DNA of 64,000 nt from Craspedostauros australis (Eukaryota), in assembly GCA_030167865.1 (NCBI GenBank), contig JALAGF010000963.1, positions 1 through 64,000 of the forward strand, in the 5' to 3' direction. The position numbers and the translations under genes were made by a program. The notes under the pieces are model-generated. The model saw only the letters and a list, made by a program, of their open reading frames with translations, did not search any database and had not been told where the DNA came from. Of the stretch, positions 34,787 to 44,362 are shown piece by piece (position 1 is the first letter of the stretch; the number at the start of each line of letters is the position of its first letter).

Positions 34787-36088
34787 CTACTCCCACTTGT
34801 GCAAGTTATATCTGTCGTAGTAGTAATCGTCGTCATCAATGTCATGATATGGGAACCTCTCATTGAAGGAGGAATCATCGTCATCAATGTCATGATATGG
34901 AAATCTACCATCATCAGAGTAATCGTCGTCATCAACGTCATGATATGGGTACCTACCATCGTCGCGGTCATCGTAGTGATCGCTCTCATCGTCGCTGTTG
35001 GGAGCGTATGGGCTGGGAGGTAAGGTTCTCAAAGATTCCTTCAAGGCCTCTGCATACACTTCCGCCTCCTTCGTAATCGAAGCACAGAGTTGCGCCAGCG
35101 CACCCACATAGCGAGGATTATCTTCTACATCCAATCCATATTCTCGCACGCATGCGACGCGATTCGGGTTCATTCCAGATTTCTCTATTTGCAGCTGCAG
35201 CACGATGATTTCCAAGGCGTGCTTCACCACCTCTGTGCCTTGTAGCGTACTCCAAATACCATGGCCTCGTAACAAATCAAAAGATCGTTCGAGGGGCCGT
35301 TCAGGCGCATCCATGCAATACACATGGAATTCGAGAGCTCCAAGATGGAGCTCGTGCACACCGCCTTTTCCGGCCTTATACCACAAGTAGTACCGCTCAG
35401 ACGCATCGTACGCAAAGGTGACTCGCAACTTGGTGGATATATGCAGTGCAATGGAGGACTCCCATACCAAGCGATGGGATTCGAACGGCATCGATGATGT
35501 CACTGATGGCGATCCCGTCGTGGAAGGTTGTGCGTTGGGAGGGGCCTCACCATTGGGAGAAGCATCGTTGTCAGCAGCGTTGTTGTTCATAGTGTTGGCA
35601 TCTTGTCCATCGATTGAACGTGTACTACCGACAGCGTCATTTCCAGATGCCTCGCCAGGCTCATGGTTATTGACAGTCGCACCCTTGTTTCCATCCTTCG
35701 GCAAGGCCAAGATGTAGATCTGCCCCTTGTAAGGACCCCATCCTTGATCACGCCAATAGCAACTCAATCCGATGGAGTGTATCCGCGGAACATCGTGCAA
35801 GATAGGAATCTCCATGGAGAGTTTCGGTTTGTCGCCTGTTTGTTCATCACTTCGGAAGGAAACACTCGCTGATAGAATGGGACCAATCGCAGACAACGTG
35901 CATTCCTGACGAAGGTTCTTGCAGCACCTTGAGAGTCTGACCACATCTGTCGGAGTCAGGAAGCTACACACGCTCCATTTGATCTCTTTTGGCAGAGCGA
36001 CGAGGTGGGAGTTCATGATGGTTGAAGTCTGTTCGTGGTGATAGCTTCGCCGCTTTGTTTCTTTGGGTGTTGTCGCTATCGTCGTCAT
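34787..36088 (-). CDS. F-box-like protein with a DQGWG..KG domain and Asp/Tyr repeat tail, paralog 3
   Basis: Near-identical to paralog 2 over about 900 nt, with similarity extending into the 5' flank. The tail consists of GRFPYHDIDDDD-type repeats. Confidence 0.75.
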   Translation of the reverse strand: MTTIATTPKETKRRSYHHEQTSTIMNSHLVALPKEIKWSVCSFLTPTDVVRLSRCCKNLRQECTLSAIGPILSASVSFRSDEQTGDKPKLSMEIPILHDVPRIHSIGLSCYWRDQGWGPYKGQIYILALPKDGNKGATVNNHEPGEASGNDAVGSTRSIDGQDANTMNNNAADNDASPNGEAPPNAQPSTTGSPSVTSSMPFESHRLVWESSIALHISTKLRVTFAYDASERYYLWYKAGKGGVHELHLGALEFHVYCMDAPERPLERSFDLLRGHGIWSTLQGTEVVKHALEIIVLQLQIEKSGMNPNRVACVREYGLDVEDNPRYVGALAQLCASITKEAEVYAEALKESLRTLPPSPYAPNSDDESDHYDDRDDGRYPYHDVDDDDYSDDGRFPYHDIDDDDSSFNERFPYHDIDDDDYYYDRYNLHKWE

Positions 36089-37004
36089 TTTTCATGAGAT
36101 GAGATGGGGTGGAAGGGGAGCCTTCTTTGGTGGATCTGGTGTGCGCAGTGGAGGATGGAAAATAGAGAATCGAAGTGCAACTGGTGCTCCCCAGAAGTTG
36201 TGTATGGTGCTATACGAACAATCAGCTTATTGGGCATCCAGCCATCCAGCCAACCAGCCATCCAGCCAACCATTTCGGCAGACACCGTGAATGCACGGGT
36301 TGAAACCTGGTCTGGGTTTTGCTTTGCCCAAATCCGACGATCTTGATTTTCGCTTCGTCCACAAAAGATCCGCCTCTCTTTTTTCATTCCGTAGATGTCC
36401 TTACTATGGTGTTGCTCGTCGCGCCATGGAACGGCTAATTCTTTGAAGCACCACCAGGACAGGAACAGGAGCGCTTGTTGCCTTGATGAGGGAACACATC
36501 TTGTTCCAGTTTGTGTTGCAATGAAAGCGCGGAATCACACGATTTAGAATCGATGAATGATGTATATCGACACAAGGACGCACTAAATCGGAAGCAGAGG
36601 AACAGTCTCGTATGGATATGCGGTAGTTTACCAAAAGCTGTAATACTGTTGGACTACGTTTCTCCCCTTGTTGACCCATCCGATCGTATGTTCTCCCCCT
36701 ATTTCTGCTTGATTTGTCCACCAAATGCAAACCGCAACACAAAATTTGAAATCGGCCTCTTTGTGTGAAGAAGCAACAACACAGACAACAAGGAGGGTGG
36801 AGCGAAGATCAGCAATACTCTGGTGCACACTTGTACTTGTGTTATCCACTCCCAGGATCACAGTCCTCCAAAGCAGACATCATCACTTTTGATGGCACCA
36901 CTCGAGCAATATCGATATCATCAGAAGCAACAGAAGCAACAAAGACACCAGGCGTCCAGTTTGATCACTCACAAAGCACACACGCGTAAGCAATCAAGAC
37001 AACG

Positions 37005-38549
37005 ATGGCATTTTCATTCGGAGCTGGATCCCCAGCACCTGCTGCCGGAGGCGGCGGCGGCAGCTTTTCCTTTGGTGGGTCGGGTCCCGCGCCCGCTCCA
37101 GGAGCAGCTCCTTCGTTCTCCTTTGGAGGTGCTGCTCCAGCTCCGGCAGCTGGCGGTGCCCCCGCTCCTGCTGCGCCGTCGTTCAACTTCAGCGGTGCCC
37201 CGGCAGCTGCGCCTGCTGCAGATGCTAGTCAGCCATCATTCAGCTTCGGCGCAGGAGGTGGGGCGGCGCCAGCCCCTGCTGCACCGGCTCCAGCTGCTGG
37301 CGGCGCTTCCTTCAACTTCAGTGGTGCGACGCCTGCTGCGGCAGCACCGGCTCCTGCGGGAGCCTTCTCATTTGGCGGGGCGGCCCCGGCACCCGCGGGA
37401 GGAGCTCCTGCACCAGCCGCAGGTTCATTCTCCTTCGGAGGAGCGGCTCCAGCGCCTGCAGGCAATGCTGCAAAGAAGGCATCGACATCGCCAGCACCTG
37501 CACCAGCTGGATCTTTCTCGTTCGGACCAGCAGCGACGACGACGACAGCCCCAGCTGCGGCCAGTACAACGGCTCCCGCAGCCGGTGGAGGCTTCTCATT
37601 TGGAGGAGCGCCAGCGCCTGCTGCGGCCAGTACAACGGCTCCCGCAGCCGCTGGAGGCGTTTCATTTGGAGGAGCGTCGGCACCAGCGCCTGCCGCATCA
37701 GCAACCACCACGGCTGCCAAGCCAGCACCCGCTCCTGCAGGTGGCGGATTCTCCTTTGCTGCGAACACCACACCGTCCAAGCCAGCTGGTGGTGGCAATG
37801 CACCGTCCACACCAGCTTCACCGGCGACGCCTGCTCCTGTCACGACGCCCATCACCGGTGGGACCAGCGCACCTGCTCCTGGAGCATTGGGCGTAGCCCC
37901 TGCACCATCCACAGCACTCGCTACCACCGCTCCCACCGCAACTGCGCCTGCACCAGCAGCCCCACCCGTCAAGCCCTTGGAGTACCAGACGCTTACCGTG
38001 GAAGAAATCTTGAACCGCTTCCAAAAGGAGCTCGAGCAGGACTCCTTGAAGTACTTGGATGAAGCCAAGCGCGTGTGCGAGTACGACGCGGTACTGCGAG
38101 ACTCGCAACGAGAGCTGTCCCAGCTCACCACCCAAACGCAACGCCTCATGCTGGAACAGCAGCAGGTGGAGCAAACGCTCGAGGGCATCGGGGCCTTCCA
38201 GACGCAGCTCGAGAAGACGCTCGACGAAGTCGAAGGCAACGTCAACGATCTCATCTCCGCGCAATCCCATCTCGCCCCGCAAGATGCCGACCTGCAGCGC
38301 GAAGGCGCTTACGGTATGGCCGCCAACATAGAGACCACCCTGGGCCAGCTCCTTGACTCCCTCAACATCACGACGACGCGGTTGAACAACACCGCGAGCC
38401 AAGGTTTGTCCGGCAGCACGCAGGAGATCGTGCAGATACTCAACCAACATCAGGACGGATTGGCGCAGCTCGAATCGGCAGCGCGCAAGATGGAAACCGA
38501 CGTCACCAACATCGGTCGCATGCTGTCCACCACGGCGACGGGGCTTTGA
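37005..38549 (+). CDS. NUP62: FG-repeat nucleoporin Nup62/Nsp1
   Basis: Many FSFG/FNFS repeats in an Ala/Pro-rich N-terminus. The C-terminal coiled coil begins LTVEEILNRFQKELE..AKRVCEYDAVL (Nsp1_C-like). Confidence 0.9.
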   Translation: MAFSFGAGSPAPAAGGGGGSFSFGGSGPAPAPGAAPSFSFGGAAPAPAAGGAPAPAAPSFNFSGAPAAAPAADASQPSFSFGAGGGAAPAPAAPAPAAGGASFNFSGATPAAAAPAPAGAFSFGGAAPAPAGGAPAPAAGSFSFGGAAPAPAGNAAKKASTSPAPAPAGSFSFGPAATTTTAPAAASTTAPAAGGGFSFGGAPAPAAASTTAPAAAGGVSFGGASAPAPAASATTTAAKPAPAPAGGGFSFAANTTPSKPAGGGNAPSTPASPATPAPVTTPITGGTSAPAPGALGVAPAPSTALATTAPTATAPAPAAPPVKPLEYQTLTVEEILNRFQKELEQDSLKYLDEAKRVCEYDAVLRDSQRELSQLTTQTQRLMLEQQQVEQTLEGIGAFQTQLEKTLDEVEGNVNDLISAQSHLAPQDADLQREGAYGMAANIETTLGQLLDSLNITTTRLNNTASQGLSGSTQEIVQILNQHQDGLAQLESAARKMETDVTNIGRMLSTTATGL

Positions 38550-38717
38550 TCGGCGTACATATTGGTACGAGTATACATGGATGGATCCACGCATGCCAAC
38601 TGACCAGAGCAGTACAAATGCGACAGACAGATACCACTCTCTAGAGTATTCCATTTAACAGAGTGTAAGGCCAATATCATACCCGTACTCCATAGCAATA
38701 CTGTTTCATCCTTGTGT

Positions 38718-41046
38718 TCACCACCACGAGCCGTGTCCCTTATCGATCGGGGGACTGCTCTTGCACTGAACGATACTCGGCTTGTCTCGGTAGTGACATT
38801 CTATCAGCGCTTCCGCAGAACAGCATGTCGACACGAAGGTACCGCCATCGTCGATCGCCACATCGTCCACCTTCTGGTGCACGCACTGTTCGTTCACGTA
38901 CCAGTCGCCCATCTGCTGGAAGAAAAGCAGCTTGTTGTCCTTGTTCTTCGTCCACGACATGTGGAAGATGTACGGATCCACCTCCTTGGCGAAGAACGAT
39001 TTCATGTACCGCTTCGACGCTTGATGGTAGTGGTACCCGCCCGGGAATTCCGGCGTATCGCGGCTCATGATCTTCACCTTGAGTCCGTACAACGACACGT
39101 GCTCGCTGAGCAACGCGATCAACGCCTGCTGATGCGAATCCGTCTTGAGGATCAGATCGCCGGCCAGCAGAAGGCTCGTCAGGAAGTACTGCGTGCGGTC
39201 GTTGTGCTTGACGTAGTAGAAGCCGCTGTTGGCCGAGTACGGGGCGTACCGTGTGGAGTGTCCGCCGTCGTCCTGGAAGAAGACGTCGAAGTCGCTGTCG
39301 CCCATCTTGTCGGGGGATTGGAAGTACTCGAGGGGGTGCTTGTACCAGACGATGTCGACGTCTTGGAAGAGGAGGTTGTAATGCAGGGCGCTGACGAGCT
39401 GCACGCATATCACCTTGGCCATCATCATTGCGGTAAAGCGGCGATCGCCGTAATGACCAGCGGCCTCCGACGGCATGTCGCCGAAGTTCTATATTTGTCC
39501 AGAATATGTACATACATGGGGAGTATATGTGAGTGGGTGATGGAGTGGGTGGGTGTGATGTGATATCCTTGTACGAAAATGCTGCAGACGAATTCAATGC
39601 ATCGCAACGACAAACAAGCTGAACGAGACCAACGATATGGTACGTTTGTACAGCAGTGCCATACCGGTACACATCCAAACAAAAGCACGCACAACACCAC
39701 CATGAAAAACTCACCCTTTCATCGTAGTACGCTCTCAAACCAAGCGACTCGGCCAGCGCCTTGGTCTCCAAATCCGTGGCAAAGACCAGCACCTGCGACG
39801 TGTCCAAGTCTCTCTTCTGCGCCGCGCACACAAAGTTGACCAACAGCTCCGATTGACCAAAGTTGGACACCATGACGATGACGGTGTTGTCCTTCGGTTT
39901 CATTTCGTTGAGAATCCCCTGCACCTCCCCCAATGCATCCTTGTAGGCTTCAAAGTATTGCGCCAGAAGATCCCAATTCTGCTTGGTATGCTTTTCCTGC
40001 GGCGGCACGAATTGATTGACACCGTTGGCCTGCATACCGCGCGACACCATGCGCAAGGATTCGGCCGGATCCACCTTGGCTCGCCTTTCGCTGGACATGC
40101 GCATCCACTTCTGCACGTGATATGATTCGTACTGCGGCACCAACGCGACGCATTGATTGCGCGTGCTGCTGCGATCGGTCAAGATGATATTGACGAAATC
40201 GCAATGCTGCACAGCGTCCTTCATGGCGAAGGCCGGTATCGTGCTGTCGTCGCTTATTTTGTCGCGTTGCGTGGCGTACGACGTTGGCAAGGCATCCTTG
40301 TGGCCGTATATCATGATGACCTCAGAATCTCCGTCGCCTGGCAAATCCAACGGAACGCCCATGTCGAGATGCTCCGCGAAATCCAGCTTGTCGATGCGAG
40401 ACATTCCCACCGCGTATCGTCGCGTGGCCGCAGGGAACTTGGGTGGTGCACTTGCGGCGTGACTGATGTCATGTTGGTCGGAACTGCCCATGCCTTTGGT
40501 TTCTGTGCATGAATCGGATTGTTTCAGTCTTTCTGTGGAGATCTCGGTGATCAATTTGGTTTACAGAAATTAATACATGTTTTAAAGATGTGTGGAATGT
40601 TATTGGAGATGTGAGGACAAGAGAATGAATGCTGCAGCCAGCAACACGCAAACAAGATAGGGCAGAGTCAAAGGGAGGAGCATCATATGCACTGTATTCG
40701 TCGCATTTCCAGTATCATCTTCCATCACACCAAACCAAATGACAATGCCAGTAATTTACGCGTATTCCATCAATGACCATCTCCATCTCGCCTCACAAAA
40801 CTCACCCTTGACGCGTTCTTCGACCATCGCTTCAATCCTCGCCTCGCTGACACGACAGTTGGAACCGCCTGGAAAGAGCTCTGCTGGACTCATGATGCAT
40901 CGGTCGATGCCGCTGTGTATCGTCCAGGCAGTTCCAGCAAAGAAGCTGAAGAAGCCAACCGCGACCGTGATCACGTAGGATGGCAGCGATTTGGGCACCG
41001 ATCTCGTCGCCTTGGTGCGGCGCGAGGTGCGGCCATCTTGCGGCAT
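38718..41046 (-). CDS. Nucleotide-diphospho-sugar transferase (GT77-like), paralog 2; exons 41046-40806, 40532-39715 and 39488-38718
   Basis: Transmembrane anchor, FQDVDIVW, FQDDG, NSGFYYV and FHMSWT motifs. GT-AG introns give the in-frame junctions VKE|RLKQ and YYDER|NFGDMP. Confidence 0.88.
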
Positions 41047-41780
41047 GGTGTCGTCGCGCAACCTCGCGTTCTATCTATCAAACCTTGTCGGAGGCAGACG
41101 AGCGTGTGCAGCGTGCGTGATGCAGCTGGTTCGAGAATGGAATGGGCACGGAGAGTTGTGTCCACCATGGTCCCTCTCCCTCACTTCTCTCGGAGGTGCG
41201 CATCAACAACACTGCATCACGAACGAGTTTTCGCCTTCCCAACGCATTGTTTGTCAAGTGACCGATAAATCACGAGCTGAATTTAGTCACGAGTAAAACT
41301 GGCGACCAATGATCCCAACGGGTGGTGTCATGTCAACGTACACCATAGCAACTCATCAACGTCTAATAGGATTCAGATCGCGGATGGCAAGGCATCCATT
41401 TGTGCCAAAGGAGAGCCAGTTGGATCCGATGTGCGATCGTAGCTTCATTGATCGGGGTACGTTGCGCTCTCAATCCTCTGCATCGGGCGTTCAATAGTCA
41501 CTCGCAACTTGTCCCCACAAAATCGGAGATTGTGTATGAATGCTCCGTTGTGTCGCAAACAAGCATACCGTACACTCTTCATAGCCATCCACCACAATCG
41601 TTGCGGCTCATGTAGATACGAAGGTTCACGAAAGAATCCAGATCAGAATAGCAGACTTGAAGCGGAAGGATACAGGGGTTCGAGGTGCATACTCATCTTC
41701 CTCTCTCCTCGAGACCTACCTTGTTTCATGTCTTTAGTGGACAAAAACAATAAACGTGGGCACAATCATGACAAGAACTA

Positions 41781-41852
41781 GTCTCCTTGGTCTAGAGGTA
41801 TGATTTCTGCTTTGGGTGCAGAAGGTCCCGGGTTCGATTCCCGGAGGGGACC
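41781..41852 (+). tRNA. trnP-TGG: tRNA-Pro (anticodon TGG)
   Basis: Acceptor stem GTCTCCT/AGGGGAC, anticodon arm TCTGC-TTTGGGT-GCAGA, T-arm CCGGG-TTCGATT-CCCGG, and a TTTT Pol III terminator just downstream. Confidence 0.96.
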
Positions 41853-42383
41853 CTCTTTTGTCAGTTTTGTTGGGTCTCAACAACGGCGTTGCATTCCTCA
41901 ACTCCCCCATAGCAACCCATGGGCACAACCACTGCAGATCTTAACAGTGTCGGAACCTTGGCGGTTGCTGTCTCCACTTTTGCTATCGCGCGAGAGGACT
42001 ACCTATGTGCACCTTCAATGAGTGTTTAGTATCATATTTTATGCTGCAATCACGTCTCTGTTGAGGATCACAGCCTCCTCCTTGTCGTCCCATTCTCGTA
42101 TCAGACATCATCGCTCCCGGATCCTTTTGCTGTCCTCTTGGCTTCTTCGCTCTTCCTGGGATAGCACTATGGGTTCATCGTCGTTTTCTGGGTTGGCCTC
42201 ATCACGTGATGCAGTTGCAGAGCAAAGATCGTTGATGAGTACGGGTATGGCATGGATCTCGTATCCGCAGGATTTTGCTGTGCTCCATATTGGTAGAGGG
42301 CGAGGACACCTTTCCATCGTGTATGTAACTCAATCCTCGTTTTGGAGACTTGGAAGCGCCGTGAGTTCTGTGTGAGATTACCT

Positions 42384-43343
42384 TTACAACACCGCAACGA
42401 CTCCCGTCACGATTGCCAGCAGCGCTGACAACAACCATGGTCTCATTGCAGCCCCGCTCAGACAGAATTTGTCGGTGCACGTGTTGGTTGGTTGTGGACA
42501 ATCCCCGTACTCCGGGTCTTGCACGCACATTTCGTACGCCTGGAAGTGCTCGGTGCAAGCGTCGCAGCAGCAGCGCTGACCGCACACCGTGAGGTCGTAC
42601 ATGAGGCAGCTCCGATCCGCCGTTGTGAGGCAACGGCTGTGGCAGCGTTCCGCCTGGAGGCATCGAGCCCAAACATTATGCAGATACCTGCACTGGACGA
42701 TCGGAGCCTGCGTCATGTTCGTCTTGTATGCGTCCTCCGCGACGGCGCAGTCTTGGAACGATTTGGCCGTCGCCTTGCACTCTTCCACTGCTCCTGGTTG
42801 GAACGATTCCGACTGGATGCTGCCCATGTAATCATCAAACTTCCGAAGCTCTCTGTAGTGCCATGGCTTGCCTGGGTCTGGGATGGTGGCGAATTTACCT
42901 GTCATTTGCTCGTCAGCAAGCTTGGTCTTGCAGGAAAGGCTGAAGTTGTCGTACTCGTCGCTGCAAGTACCATTTGCCATTGCATGACACTTCGGCACGG
43001 CACATCCAGAAGACCGGAAGCACCTCGTCACGGAATGAAGTGGATTGCTGGAGGGATCATAATAATAATGTGACGATTTTTTATGCTGGGAACGTGAGAA
43101 TTCGTCGCCGCACTCAGGGCAGCACGATTTCATCTCACAAATGTGTGCTGAGAAATCCAGACAATCCATGAAGCCGACATCGCGTTCCGCAATGGCACTG
43201 CATTGCTCGAGGCATTTGTCGCCTGCCGCCGCCACACAAACCGTCCAGCCAGCCAGTGAACCCTCGCAATCGCAGCTCGCAGGAGGAGCAAGGAGGAGGA
43301 CGAGGATGCCCCCCAGAAGCGCAGCTCTTGAGGTTGCCCACAT
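42384..43343 (-). CDS. Cys-rich secreted protein with a probable GPI or C-terminal membrane anchor; function unknown
   Basis: Signal peptide MWATSRAALLGGILVLLLAPPASC, about 30 Cys, and a hydrophobic C-terminus SGAAMRPWLLSALLAIVTGVVAVL. Confidence 0.7.
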   Translation of the reverse strand: MWATSRAALLGGILVLLLAPPASCDCEGSLAGWTVCVAAAGDKCLEQCSAIAERDVGFMDCLDFSAHICEMKSCCPECGDEFSRSQHKKSSHYYYDPSSNPLHSVTRCFRSSGCAVPKCHAMANGTCSDEYDNFSLSCKTKLADEQMTGKFATIPDPGKPWHYRELRKFDDYMGSIQSESFQPGAVEECKATAKSFQDCAVAEDAYKTNMTQAPIVQCRYLHNVWARCLQAERCHSRCLTTADRSCLMYDLTVCGQRCCCDACTEHFQAYEMCVQDPEYGDCPQPTNTCTDKFCLSGAAMRPWLLSALLAIVTGVVAVL

Positions 43344-44362
43344 GGTCGTTGATGTGATCGTCAGGTGTGAATGGTGCCGCTCCACTGGTTCCTGCGTCTA
43401 TCCAGCTTTCGTCCACGATTGTCTGTTTTTGAGTGGAGGACGAGGTAGTGCAGCGGTCGTAACGATGACAGCGACGATGATGGTGTCGATGATGGCACAA
43501 ACGGATCCACCCAATCCGGTGGGGTGCTGTATCTGTCTCTCTCTCTCTTCCTCTTCTGCCCTCTCTGCGTCTGCTGTTGGCACCACCCAACGCGCCACCA
43601 GTCCCTGTGTGCGAATGCCAGAGCGACGCAATCAGAAGTTCCTTGTTGTTCTACAGTTGAGACGTGGAGATGGGAGAATATCACGACTCAGCTTTCTGCC
43701 CAATGAAATTCTGAGGTTTGATTCACGCATACGAGTCACGTGATTGTTACTTATTGTTCCTGCTCGTTCTTGTCATCATCGCGTATTTGCGCGTATTGTG
43801 CTTCTCGATTGCTATTTGTTGGTTCAACTTGATTTCTTAAGTGTTTGCTTCTGTTTGTCCGTGGAGCTGTACCCGCCATATTTCCCAGACCCACCTCCTC
43901 GCAAGCGGACAAACCGCACTTTGGCGCCACCACCAACAACGGCAACGACGACAACGACAAAAGTCACCCTCCAGAATGCCAACGCGACACTTCTTTGGGT
44001 ATCTCCCCTCCCGCATCCAGATTGAGTCGTGATGACAGGATACACCGTGGTGGGTGATGTTGATGCGCGTCCCGAATGTGGATCTCGTGCCCACTATTGG
44101 AGCGAAACCAGTCACGAGGGCTCAGAGGAGTCACGAGCAGCAGCAGACAACAAAAAGGCACAGAAGGTGCACCGCAGAAGAAAGAAACAGATCACAATCC
44201 GCAAATCAACACACTAAGATACGACTTTATACCTACCACCGTCTCCGTTTCAATACCCACATCGCATGTCTCTGTCGGCCACACCGGCAACTTGGCAAAC
44301 ATCAGCACCGGCCATAATCCCAAGTCAAAGAGAACGTACCGCATCGTGTCGGATCCACCATC

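Noticed and set aside
34805-34990. Spaced direct repeats superficially resembling a CRISPR array
   Set aside because: They are in-frame coding repeats of the F-box paralog 3 tail. There are no unique spacers or cas genes, and the context is eukaryotic.
37229-38654. Minus-strand ORFs of 341 and 278 aa
   Set aside because: Antisense to the GC-rich, low-complexity Nup62 gene.
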